From assembly GCA_002454955.1 (NCBI GenBank), contig DKJY01000021.1:2525-66524 (forward strand): a stretch of DNA of 64,000 nucleotides, given 5' to 3'. The translations under genes and the position numbers were made by a program. Each line of letters opens with the position of its first letter. Position 1 is the first letter of the stretch. Shown one piece after another: positions 1 to 9,211 of the stretch. The notes beneath the pieces are model-generated. The model worked only from the letters and a program-made list of their open reading frames with translations. It was not told the DNA's origin and did no database searches. Source of the DNA: Bacteroidales bacterium UBA6680. GTDB lineage: Bacteria > Bacteroidota > Bacteroidia > Bacteroidales > UBA6680.

Positions 1-105
1 AAGTTTTAGTAGTATTCTTTATCTGTATCAACTATTTGATGAAATTTTATATTAGCTGTTTCTGCTATAATGTTTGGTAATATGGCTTTTACATATTACT
101 ATTAA

Positions 106-142
106 AGAGCCATAGTTCGCATAAAATGTCTACCATGGCTCT
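106..142 (-). terminator. Hairpin downstream of the 149..3535 gene (putative intrinsic terminator)
   Basis: AGAGCCAT...ATGGCTCT stem just 3' of the stop on the minus strand, followed by a weak TTTAAT run. It is homologous to the hairpin at 3561..3603. Confidence 0.4.
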
Positions 143-148
143 GAGTGA

Positions 149-3100
149 TTATTTTTTCACTACTCTTGTACTAAATACATGATCATCAGATACTATTTCA
201 AGTATATATATGCCTGGTACAAAGTAGGTATTAATGTTTATCTCTGAACTGTCATCGGTTCTTGTAATTATCTTTACACCATTTATGTTATAGATATTTA
301 CAGTACACTCTTTTTCTGTTCTATTATCTATTTTAATACTATTTATAAATGGATTAGGATATACCTTGTATAGCAGATCACTACTCTCTACATCAACGCT
401 GGTTTTTGTTTTTGCTTTAAGATTTACTGTAAACTCTGGTAGTTCAGGATCATTTGTTTTAATAATAAATGATGCATTTTTCTCTGCATTATCGTTTGTT
501 GTAAAGTTTATCTTAAAGCTTTTATCACTATTACTCTCAACCTCCTGAATATTTGCCGATAGCTTAAAGTTATCCTTGTCCTTACCATCAATATACATTT
601 TAGATATTATAAGCTTTGCATTACCACTGTTTTTAAGTGTTAGATCTAACTCATTTTTGCTATTAAAATTTAGGCCTCCTCCGTTTTTCAACTTATCAGA
701 GGCGTGTAACTCTATAACAGGTGTCTTTGCAGAGAATACCATATTAAATCTGAAGTTCTCCATCCCGGTTTTTGTTGTTTTAAAACCTACAGCTAAAGTC
801 TTATCTGATTTTGACAGACACTTTACTTTTATTGTAAATATTAAATTCTCACCTTTCTCTATATAGCTGTCTGGTTTATTGTCAGTAGTGGCAATTAGTT
901 TATTATCAGTGCCTGATAGTACCAGATCGTATATCCTTATCCTGTTATTTGTATTATTTGTTATTATAACCTTGTTGCTACTCTCTGTGTTGTAATCAAG
1001 ATCAATCTTATTAAGAGTTGAGTTGTTAACTACCTTTTTGTTAAACAACTCAATAAATAGCTGTCCATCAGGCGATACAGATTTACCTTTAAGTACAATT
1101 TTTATTGAAGGATTATACGGGTCATCGGTTTTAATATTCAGACATGCCGACTTCTCATTACTGTCAGATTCAGTGAGATTAATAGTGAAACTATCAGATT
1201 CTCCCTTTCTTACAAATTTTATCTTCTTAGAGATTGAGAAACTAGCTTTGTCAGGACCATCAATGCTCATCTCTTTAATATACATAATATTAGTACCAGT
1301 ATTTTTAATTACAAACTTTACAGGTGTTTGCTTTTTAAACTTTAATACCTGATTATTGGTAAGCTCAGAACCTGAATGCAGTTCAAAACGTGGAATCTTG
1401 GCACCTAATGATATTCTGAATTTGTAGTTATTAAAACGCGGAATATTTGTCTTAAATGATATAGTAAGCTCTTTATGCTCTATACTCAGACACTTCATAT
1501 TAATATTAAGATCAAATGTTTTTCCCGGATTTAATGTTTTATCAATATCATTATCAAACCATCCCTGAACCTTATTACCATCAGATGTAGTTATTTTAAA
1601 GTCGTAAATATGCAGAGGTTCATGACCATTACTTTTTATGAAGAACGTTTTTGTAGTTGTTGTGTTATAGTCAATATTAGAGAAACTTACAAGGTCGTTA
1701 TAACCAATAGTGCCTATGTGCGATAACAGTAATCCTGGTTTCTGTGCATTACCGCTCAAGTTTAATATTACATCATGATTGCTACCGTTTGATCTGATTC
1801 TCAGTTTCGCAGTATATGTCTCCTTAACAAATGTAGGTGCATACTTTATTCTTATTGGTGATTTAGCTCCGGGTTTTATTGTATTAGCCGACAGACTATT
1901 TATAATTGAGAAAAAACTGTTTTTATCATCTATAATCTCAATATCAGATATGTTCAGATCTATATTACCCTCATTCTTTATATCAATATCGAGATATGCA
2001 GGACTATTTACTGATACAGAACCAAAACTGTAGTAATTAGAGTTGTATTCACTGCCATCTTTTATGAACATAAGCTTAGCATATTTCTGATTCAGAAAGC
2101 TGTATATGTTAGTTATTCTGTTTTTGGCATCGGTTTCTATATTATGAAGGCAATATGGTTTCTTAGAACCCAATATGTTGTTGAATGTATACTCATACTG
2201 AATAGTTGTTGACTCTCCGGCAGCAACCGACATTTTTGGACGCTTTACAATCTTAAAATCACTGAACTCTTTTGTAAACTTTGATATGGTTAATACCTTA
2301 TTCCCTGTATTTTTTATGATTACGTTTTTAGTTACCTTCTCACCAAAGTTTATATTACCCATATCAATTATAGGGTTCGTGTCATATTTGTTACCAGATT
2401 CATCTATAACTGTTATTATTGAAGCCTGAATCAGTTTCTTTACAGTAAAAGAAATACTCCGGCTGTTGTAGCCTGTAGTTTTAACTGTAAATTTAACGCT
2501 CTTATTACCAATCTTTTTAGGAGTGATATCAATTCTTAAGTTTGATGTCTTTCCGGGTGCTATATTTCTGTCAGAAGGATGATGAACCGAAAACTCATCT
2601 TCTGTATCACCCTCTTCTGTAGTATTGTATACACCTAAAATATCATCGCCAATATTCCTGATTGTTATATTCTCAAAGTGATTTGAATGGTTGTTTACAG
2701 GCATATTAAGTACAGCACCATCGGTTATAATATTACCATTATACTCCAATTGCGTAACAGGAGCAATTACCTTACCAATAATATTAATAGTATATTTTTT
2801 TTTACTGTCGTTTGTTAAGTTATACTCTATAGTAGAGTTTATATTCCCCCTTTTTAACCCTTCAATAGTTACTTTCTTATTTTTTCCTGATATCATTTCT
2901 AAGGGAGATAGTAATTGTTCATCGTTGTATGTAAAGATTAGTTTGTTATTAGGACTATTTAAAATAGCTTTACTTATACCAAGGTAGCCTTTACCTAAGT
3001 TTTCGTAGTTAAGTACTATATCTTTTGATGAATTTAGCTTTACATTACCTATATCTATTGTATTACTATTAATACTATGAGTTGACGATGTGATATTAAA

Positions 3101-3535
3101 GTCTCCTCTGTCTGGATTAACCTCAAACTCAACCTTTATGGTTGGGTTATCCGGATCATTTGTATTAAACGTTAATATAGACCACCCATTGGGGCTGATA
3201 CTACCCGGCGGCTGATACCAAATAGTAAACTCATATTTTTTCCCCGGTTTAATTGTTGCAGATGTGGTTGTAATTGGAAAACCACCTATATCTGTTCCAT
3301 TACTGTTATAACTTAAATCTTTAAGTGATAAATCTTTGGTTTTGTGCTCATTTTTTATGTTTAATGTAAAGGATTTAAGAGAAGAACTCTTGCCATAATT
3401 ACCAATTGAAACCCGTTGATTATTATTTACACCTTTCTCTGGTTTACCACTCATATTAAATGTCATACTCAGGTTCTGAGACATTGCATACGAGATAACA
3501 AAGGTGAATAGAATTGTTGTTAAAATCTTGTGCAT
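149..3535 (-). CDS. Large T9SS-secreted surface protein made of tandem Ig-like (choice-of-anchor D / ASH-type) domains
   Basis: 1128-aa ORF with an N-terminal signal peptide (MHKILTTILFTFVISYAMSQ). It contains many ~100-aa repeats with segments such as VKFVIKNTGTNIMYIKEMSIDGPDKASFSI and LDLTLKNSGNAKLIISKMYIDGKDKDNFKL. The C-terminal ~75 aa (YKVYPNPF...VPGIYILEIV) match the Por/T9SS sorting domain. It is a paralog of 3622..6708. Confidence 0.8.
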   Translation of the reverse strand: MHKILTTILFTFVISYAMSQNLSMTFNMSGKPEKGVNNNQRVSIGNYGKSSSLKSFTLNIKNEHKTKDLSLKDLSYNSNGTDIGGFPITTTSATIKPGKKYEFTIWYQPPGSISPNGWSILTFNTNDPDNPTIKVEFEVNPDRGDFNITSSTHSINSNTIDIGNVKLNSSKDIVLNYENLGKGYLGISKAILNSPNNKLIFTYNDEQLLSPLEMISGKNKKVTIEGLKRGNINSTIEYNLTNDSKKKYTINIIGKVIAPVTQLEYNGNIITDGAVLNMPVNNHSNHFENITIRNIGDDILGVYNTTEEGDTEDEFSVHHPSDRNIAPGKTSNLRIDITPKKIGNKSVKFTVKTTGYNSRSISFTVKKLIQASIITVIDESGNKYDTNPIIDMGNINFGEKVTKNVIIKNTGNKVLTISKFTKEFSDFKIVKRPKMSVAAGESTTIQYEYTFNNILGSKKPYCLHNIETDAKNRITNIYSFLNQKYAKLMFIKDGSEYNSNYYSFGSVSVNSPAYLDIDIKNEGNIDLNISDIEIIDDKNSFFSIINSLSANTIKPGAKSPIRIKYAPTFVKETYTAKLRIRSNGSNHDVILNLSGNAQKPGLLLSHIGTIGYNDLVSFSNIDYNTTTTKTFFIKSNGHEPLHIYDFKITTSDGNKVQGWFDNDIDKTLNPGKTFDLNINMKCLSIEHKELTISFKTNIPRFNNYKFRISLGAKIPRFELHSGSELTNNQVLKFKKQTPVKFVIKNTGTNIMYIKEMSIDGPDKASFSISKKIKFVRKGESDSFTINLTESDSNEKSACLNIKTDDPYNPSIKIVLKGKSVSPDGQLFIELFNKKVVNNSTLNKIDLDYNTESSNKVIITNNTNNRIRIYDLVLSGTDNKLIATTDNKPDSYIEKGENLIFTIKVKCLSKSDKTLAVGFKTTKTGMENFRFNMVFSAKTPVIELHASDKLKNGGGLNFNSKNELDLTLKNSGNAKLIISKMYIDGKDKDNFKLSANIQEVESNSDKSFKINFTTNDNAEKNASFIIKTNDPELPEFTVNLKAKTKTSVDVESSDLLYKVYPNPFINSIKIDNRTEKECTVNIYNINGVKIITRTDDSSEININTYFVPGIYILEIVSDDHVFSTRVVKK

Positions 3536-3560
3536 AATATTATATTAATTACATCTAATT

Positions 3561-3603
3561 AAAAAAAGAGCCACAGCTCACATTAAATGCTCGCCATGGC
3601 CTA
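3561..3603 (-). terminator. Intrinsic terminator between the two giant paralogs
   Basis: On the minus strand, an AGGCCATGG...CTGTGGCTCT hairpin is followed directly by TTTTTTTAATT. It lies 19 nt after the stop of 3622..6708. Confidence 0.5.
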
Positions 3604-3621
3604 TACAAAGTGAAGGAATAA

Positions 3622-6600
3622 TTACTCTCTGATTACCTTATATCTGTATGTTCTGTTGTTACTAAGAATCTCTACTATATATATACCAGATGGAATATTT
3701 GTTGCTATGCTGACAGTTGTATCAGTTAGTGTCTTTGATATAATCTTTATTCCACTTATACTATACATATTAACTATATACTCTTTCCCTTCAATATTGC
3801 TGATAGTTATATGGTCTGAGAAAGGGTTAGGATATACACTGAATAGATTTAAATTACCCTTATTAATAGCTGTGCTCTTATTTGTTTCAGCGTTTAGATT
3901 GATGTCAAATGCTGGCGTGTCCTTATCGTTTGAGGTAATTGCAATCTTAGCACTCTTTTTACCTGCTATATTTGATCTGTATGTAATCTTTAAAACCATC
4001 TCTTTTCCAGCCTCTACAGATTTGTTGTACGACGATAGTGTAAAATCGTTTTTATTGGCACCAGTAATTGCAATTGAGTTAATATCTAATGCTATATTAC
4101 CACTGTTTCTGATAATCACATCTTCTGTTGCATCAGATGTGATACCAAAATTAATATTACTGTTGTTGCTTATACTGTTACCTTTATACTTAACCTCTAT
4201 ATTAGCCTGTTTTGGTGCACTATTATCGGCTTTAAGAGTAATGTTAAACTTTGGGTTTATAGGATCGTCGCTATCTATTATAAGCGTTGCTGTTTTTGTA
4301 CCAGAACCTGATTTGCATGTTACTACAACCTTGGTATCAGTATTTGAACTGATGCTTTTAACATCCGATTTTATCGTAAAATAATCTTTGTCGGCACCAT
4401 CAATTGTAATACTGTTTATATTAAGTGTATGACTGCCTGCATTTCTGAGAGAGAACTCTTTAATAGTGCTGCTGCCAAAGTTAATAATACTATTGTTTGG
4501 TATTACATTAGTAACAGCTACCTCTAATGAAGGAACCATTGCAATAAAACTATTGTAGAAAACAAATTCAGGCACCTCATAATCGTTTGTCTTAAGCGTT
4601 ACTTTAGCCTTAAAATGTCCGCCGGGTTTAGTCGCTTTATACTCTATTGCCAGCATATTACTCTTCTCATAATCTATATCGCTGTTGGTATAAATAACCC
4701 TGGCTGTAATGCCATCGGGCGTATCAACTATAATATCGTTAATGTTAAGTTTTGCTTTACCACAGTTTTTTATCTTGTACTGTAAAGTTTTTGTTAAAGG
4801 ATGTGTTATGGTAACCTTATCTGTAACACTATTTTGAGATATATCATTATTAGAAGAATCATTTACATCTATTGATGGTTTTATTGATGTTCCGGAAAGA
4901 TTTAGAACAAAGTTACTATCCTCATAATCGTTTGTTGTAAAGTTTAGCTGTGCTTTATACTTATCCACCTTTTGCTTTGGAGCAAATTTTAATTTTAGAT
5001 TTATGCTCTTACCCGGTTTAATAGTAATATCAGATATTGGTTCAATTATAGTGTAGTAGTTGCTATTGTCGTTAGTTATTTTTAGGTTACTCAAATTCAG
5101 ATCTATATTGCCACTGTTTGTAAGTGTAAGAGATTCTGTTTTAGGGTTATTAACAGATATATCGTTGTATGTTAATGTAGTGTTGTTTATATAATCTATA
5201 CTGTTTTTAGTCAATAATACATCTGAAAAACTATTATTAGCCTTTAAAACAAAACTATAGTATATCTTCATAGCGTTAGCCATAATGTATAATCTTGTTT
5301 TAGGATTCTCTTTCTTGCTTATGGCTTTAGGATTATACTCAATTGTAACATCTGTCTGTTCATTAGGAGCGAGGCTCTTTTTAGGTGTGTTTTTAATACT
5401 AAATGCTTTATTATCTCCCAGCAACTCTATATACAATCTAGATATATTCAGTGCCATGTTTCCTGTATTTTTGAATATCAGATTTCTGGTTACCTTATTG
5501 CCTCCAGTGCTGGAACCAACCGTAAACTCATCGTTGTAGTTGTATGTGTTGCCATCTTCATCTAAAAGAGACAGATATGGTGCTCTAATAACCACTTTAA
5601 CATATATATAAGTATTCGGATTATTATAAGAGTTACTATTTACCTTTAACTTAATACGTCTCTCACCATGTGCATGAGGCGATATTTTTAAATTAATATT
5701 TCCTTTGCTGTTACCACTCAAATATTGAGTTCCGCCTACAGAGAATTCATTGTCATTATCGCCCTCAATAGTATATTTTGATATTGTCAGAATGTCATCA
5801 CCAACATTCTCTATAGGTATTGATAGGTTATATGATGTGGTGCCTGATTTGTATACTATGTCTGGTAGTTTTACCTCATCACCCTCATTAACAACATTTC
5901 CACCGTTTGTTATTTTAAGTATTGGAACAATAACTTTACCTTTTATTCTGAATGTATGCTTGGCTACCTTTCCTTTTGTCACCTCATGTGTAAATTGTGT
6001 GTTAGCAATATCACCTGGTGTTATAGCTTTAAATGTTAATGTGTTACTTGCAAAGTCATTAGGAGCAAAGGTAGATGAAATTTTAGTAGAGCTTGTTAAC
6101 TGGTTATTTGTAACAATATCTTTTACCTCACTTAATCTGGCATATCCTTTACCAATATTCTTAATCTTATAGCTTATATCTTTTGTATCATTCAGTTTAA
6201 TGTGCCCAATATTAATGATATTGCTATTTATTGTATGTGGCGACTCTGCTGTAAAGGTAAACTCTCCATTATCAGGGTTTACAACAAAATCTAATCTAAC
6301 TTTACTGTTTATCGGATCATTAGTATCAAACTCAATAAATGTTGTCTCTTTTGTAATAGTACCCGGAACCTTGTACATCATGAATATCTGATATTCATTA
6401 GATGTAGTTATAACCGAAATCTTATTGAAGTCAGATAGTGCTAAATATTTATTATTACCAAGCTTTACATTTGATATAACAAGATCATTGGCAGAATCGG
6501 TATTCTTTATCTTTACATAATATACTTTCCCGTATGCACCAGAAATATTATCACCAAGATTACCTAACGATACATTATCGCCATTATTGATTGTTTTAAT

Positions 6601-6708
6601 AATACTGCCAGAATCATCTAAAGTCATCTTGATACTCTGACTATACCCAATTATGGGTATTATAATTAACATAATAGTAATTACAAACTGTTTTAAAAGT
6701 GTCTTCAT
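3622..6708 (-). CDS. Large T9SS-secreted surface protein with tandem choice-of-anchor D / ASH-type Ig-like domains (paralog)
   Basis: 1028-aa ORF with a signal peptide (..IIPIIGYSQS). Repeats include FSLRNAGSHTLNINSITIDGADKDYFTI and VIIRNSGNIALDINSIAITGANKNDFTL. It has a C-terminal T9SS sorting domain (FSVYPNPFSDHITI...PSGIYIVEIL). The N-terminal ~190 aa align with the neighbouring 1128-aa protein. Confidence 0.8.
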   Translation of the reverse strand: MKTLLKQFVITIMLIIIPIIGYSQSIKMTLDDSGSIIKTINNGDNVSLGNLGDNISGAYGKVYYVKIKNTDSANDLVISNVKLGNNKYLALSDFNKISVITTSNEYQIFMMYKVPGTITKETTFIEFDTNDPINSKVRLDFVVNPDNGEFTFTAESPHTINSNIINIGHIKLNDTKDISYKIKNIGKGYARLSEVKDIVTNNQLTSSTKISSTFAPNDFASNTLTFKAITPGDIANTQFTHEVTKGKVAKHTFRIKGKVIVPILKITNGGNVVNEGDEVKLPDIVYKSGTTSYNLSIPIENVGDDILTISKYTIEGDNDNEFSVGGTQYLSGNSKGNINLKISPHAHGERRIKLKVNSNSYNNPNTYIYVKVVIRAPYLSLLDEDGNTYNYNDEFTVGSSTGGNKVTRNLIFKNTGNMALNISRLYIELLGDNKAFSIKNTPKKSLAPNEQTDVTIEYNPKAISKKENPKTRLYIMANAMKIYYSFVLKANNSFSDVLLTKNSIDYINNTTLTYNDISVNNPKTESLTLTNSGNIDLNLSNLKITNDNSNYYTIIEPISDITIKPGKSINLKLKFAPKQKVDKYKAQLNFTTNDYEDSNFVLNLSGTSIKPSIDVNDSSNNDISQNSVTDKVTITHPLTKTLQYKIKNCGKAKLNINDIIVDTPDGITARVIYTNSDIDYEKSNMLAIEYKATKPGGHFKAKVTLKTNDYEVPEFVFYNSFIAMVPSLEVAVTNVIPNNSIINFGSSTIKEFSLRNAGSHTLNINSITIDGADKDYFTIKSDVKSISSNTDTKVVVTCKSGSGTKTATLIIDSDDPINPKFNITLKADNSAPKQANIEVKYKGNSISNNSNINFGITSDATEDVIIRNSGNIALDINSIAITGANKNDFTLSSYNKSVEAGKEMVLKITYRSNIAGKKSAKIAITSNDKDTPAFDINLNAETNKSTAINKGNLNLFSVYPNPFSDHITISNIEGKEYIVNMYSISGIKIISKTLTDTTVSIATNIPSGIYIVEILSNNRTYRYKVIRE

Positions 6709-6740
6709 TCTACATTGTTTTGTTTATAAATAGTTTAAAA

Positions 6741-6900
6741 GGGCATATATCATGTTGTCTGCATATATGCCCTTTGCCACATAGATAACCAAATCTTTAC
6801 TTGTATTATCTTACAAATCCTAACTAAAATATCTATATTAAATACTAAAATATATGATTGATTATGTGCAATTAATATGCTTTGTATTACAATATGTTAA
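6741..6900 (-). promoter_or_regulatory. Conserved promoter/5'-leader module (17-nt box, conserved block, leader hairpin), copy 1
   Basis: The box GTATTACAATATGTTAA lies at 6884-6900 (+ strand text), about 180 nt upstream of the ATG at 6708. A block at 6811-6833 is shared with 8486-8507. The hairpin GGGCATATAT-N12-ATATATGCCC lies at 6741-6772, about 30 nt upstream of the start codon. Confidence 0.45.
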
Positions 6901-7071
6901 CAAGGCCCTTTTTTTATGTTACTAAAGATTAACAGTATACTGTATTTGTCAAATAAATAGTTAGTTAATGATAACCTTTGTGTTGAAAATATTCTTCAGG
7001 ATCCTCCTCCTTTTTTATAAGTTATTATGCCGTTATCTCTATTAATTGATTGCAAAAACATGGGTAAAAGC

Positions 7072-7107
7072 AAAGGGTAAGGTGTTCATCAGACACACTT
7101 ACCCTTT
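7072..7107 (-). terminator. Intrinsic terminator of the FGE-domain lipoprotein gene
   Basis: AAAGGGTAAGGTGT / ACACACTTACCCTTT stem with a single bulged A, about 50 nt after the stop at 7156. It has T-rich flanks. A near-identical hairpin occurs at 8733-8766. Confidence 0.55.
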
Positions 7108-7155
7108 TTTATATATCAGACCTTATTTAGCCTGTTTATATATTACAGACTATCT

Positions 7156-8388
7156 CTATTTATCACAAGCTAATCTGAATCCGACACTACCAAATTTTGT
7201 ACTTATGTAGCAGTGATTTCTTACTCTTTGCCACACTGCATGATTATCATGACAGTTAACATGAAAGTATAGTTCACTTTTATCGTCAAATCCACCACCT
7301 CTGTATATTCTTATATTTCCTTTTGTACCAACTGGATCTGTTACATCTGTTGTACTGTAGTTAATAGGGTATGTATTATCTGTTTTGTCAGCACACATCT
7401 CATATACGTTACCTGACATGTCGTATATACCCAATTCGTTTGGTTTTTTTGTACCTACAATCTGTATTGTTCCATTAGAGTTATTTGCACTCCATGCAAC
7501 ATCGTTAAGTGTATTACCACCAGAAAATTCATACCCCTTACTTTTTACCCCTCCAATTGAAGCATATATAAGTTCTGCCTCTGTAGGAAGTCTGTATTTT
7601 TTTCCTGTTTTCTGATTAAGCTTTGCTATAAAGGTTTGCATCTCTTCCCATGAGATATTTACAACAGGTAATTTACCACCTTTATAGTTAAGTGGTTTCT
7701 TCCCCATTATCTTAAACCATAACTCCTGTGTAACCTCATATTTGCATATGTAAAAATCGCTTAAAGTAACATTATATGAAATCTCACTATTCCCTTTAGA
7801 ACTATTTAGCTTAAAGGTGCTGCCTTTTACAAATACCATATCGTTATGATCTTTGTTACCAGCAAGCTTTACAATAAAACTAACATATCCAAAATCTGAT
7901 GGAGTAGCATTCTCAGTACTAACAACCTCTACCTCAATTTTTGAATTATCACCCGATGTAATATTAAAATCAATACTTAGAGGATTTGATACATATGCAG
8001 CATATTTTGAACCTTTAATTGGTGCCGCAAATATTGTTTTGTTATCCTTATTCTGTAGCTCGAATTTTGTAAGCTTATATCCATTTGCCACAAGCAACTT
8101 AATCTGCTGGGTAGAGAATTCTGCAGATGATCCCCATTGCGACATTTTTACATGTTGCAGATCGTAATTCTCATAAATAGCTCCATCTTTTGTAATAGTT
8201 ATTAATGCATGTGTAACCTCTGATAATTTGTAAGAAGATGCTCCGGCCGATCTTCTGCTACTCTTTTCTGAAATACCTAATTTAAGACTACTGTATTCTT
8301 TCTCTTTAGACGATACTTCGCTTTTTTCACAACCTGTAAATAGCATAAATGTTATTGCAATAACTGCAATACTGTAAAAAACTCTCAT
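7156..8388 (-). CDS. Lipoprotein with a C-terminal SUMF1/FGE-sulfatase (C-type lectin fold) domain
   Basis: 410-aa ORF with a lipoprotein signal (ITFMLFTGCEKS). The C-terminal ~230 aa carry FGE-family hallmarks: MVFVKGSTF..., YICKYEVTQELW, PVVNISWEEMQTFIAKLN, YRLPTEAE, GIYDMSGNVYEM, YRGGGF, VGFRLA. Confidence 0.75.
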   Translation of the reverse strand: MRVFYSIAVIAITFMLFTGCEKSEVSSKEKEYSSLKLGISEKSSRRSAGASSYKLSEVTHALITITKDGAIYENYDLQHVKMSQWGSSAEFSTQQIKLLVANGYKLTKFELQNKDNKTIFAAPIKGSKYAAYVSNPLSIDFNITSGDNSKIEVEVVSTENATPSDFGYVSFIVKLAGNKDHNDMVFVKGSTFKLNSSKGNSEISYNVTLSDFYICKYEVTQELWFKIMGKKPLNYKGGKLPVVNISWEEMQTFIAKLNQKTGKKYRLPTEAELIYASIGGVKSKGYEFSGGNTLNDVAWSANNSNGTIQIVGTKKPNELGIYDMSGNVYEMCADKTDNTYPINYSTTDVTDPVGTKGNIRIYRGGGFDDKSELYFHVNCHDNHAVWQRVRNHCYISTKFGSVGFRLACDK

Positions 8389-8458
8389 AATAATAATTTA
8401 TTTAAATTAAAATATATATGAAACGAGCAAAATCAGTCTCATTTATAATCACGCATTA

Positions 8459-8570
8459 CAAGAGACATCTCTTGCAGGTTTCATATTACAATCCCAACTA
8501 AAAATCTAATGATTGCTAATTTATATTAATTGGAATATGCTATTGAATATTTGGTATTACATTATGTTAA
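8459..8570 (-). promoter_or_regulatory. Conserved promoter/5'-leader module, copy 2 (upstream of the FGE-lipoprotein gene)
   Basis: The box GTATTACATTATGTTAA lies at 8554-8570, about 170-180 nt upstream of the ATG at 8388. A conserved block lies at 8486-8507. The leader hairpin CAAGAGA-CA-TCTCTTG lies at 8459-8474. Confidence 0.4.
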
Positions 8571-8732
8571 TAGTATATTTTTTGATTGTTACAATAGATT
8601 AACAGCGTGTGTTAATGCTCAAATAAAGAGTCAGATAGTAATTGCTTTTAACAATGAGATAGTTCTATGCAATATATTTTGTTAAAGAAATTATTATCTG
8701 ATTAAACATGAGTAGATAACTATATAAAAACT

Positions 8733-9090
8733 AAGGGTAAGATGTTAAAGTAACATACTTACCCTTTTTAATCTAAAAAATAAACCCAAACAGGCTACTA
8801 TGATATATTATATGTGCACTCGGTTTTAATTATAAAATAGAGCCTGGCTTTATTTAACCTATTTACACAAACAAACCTATATTTTTATCACAAGAGGCAA
8901 TATGTCTGTATGAACAGACATATGCCTTTGACACCAACATAAATCAAAAAACCATCTCTGTTCTGGCTATGATTTAACGATATTAACTGCAACACAAAAT
9001 ACCAACCACTATATTGTGAACAACCAATAATACTCCGAAATTAAATTATTGATTTTATATGGTTAAGTGTTTAGTATTACAATATGTTTA
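8733..9090 (-). promoter_or_regulatory. Orphan copy of the leader module fused to a gene 3' end and terminator (gene remnant or small non-coding transcription unit)
   Basis: The box GTATTACAATATGTTTA lies at 9074-9090. The leader-type hairpin GGCAATATGTCTGT-ATGA-ACAGACATATGCC lies at 8896-8926. Next come TGTGATAAA (the last codons CDK of the FGE gene) and a 3'UTR-like stretch. The unit ends in a bulged-A hairpin at 8733-8766 homologous to 7072-7107. No ORF of 60 aa or more lies between them. Confidence 0.45.
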
Positions 9091-9211
9091 CACACCTGTT
9101 TATGGTGTTTACATTAGATATATTATGTGAGATAATAATTGTACAATTAGCTGTTTAGCGATATAAAAATTGTACCTGTATATTGTGGTTATTGTAATTA
9201 AATGTTGCTAT

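Noticed and set aside
3656-4384. Long antisense ORFs inside the giant genes and other large CDSs. Examples are 3656..4384 (242 aa), 5750..6172, 1023..1352, 27007..27555, 49581..50000, 9564..9947 and 32518..32856.
   Set aside because: All lie fully within much longer opposite-strand ORFs that have clear domain content. Their products are low-complexity, Leu/Ile/Phe/Ser-rich 'shadow' translations typical of AT-rich genomes, with no motifs.
7156-7330. The C-terminal FGE/C-type-lectin-fold region as the variable region of a diversity-generating retroelement (DGR).
   Set aside because: FGE-domain lipoproteins are common DGR targets. However, I found no reverse transcriptase ORF, no template-repeat copy of the 3' ~150 nt of the gene, and no adenine-specific mismatch pattern anywhere in the 64 kb. 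The only related sequence (8880-8900) shares just the last three codons and the 3'UTR.
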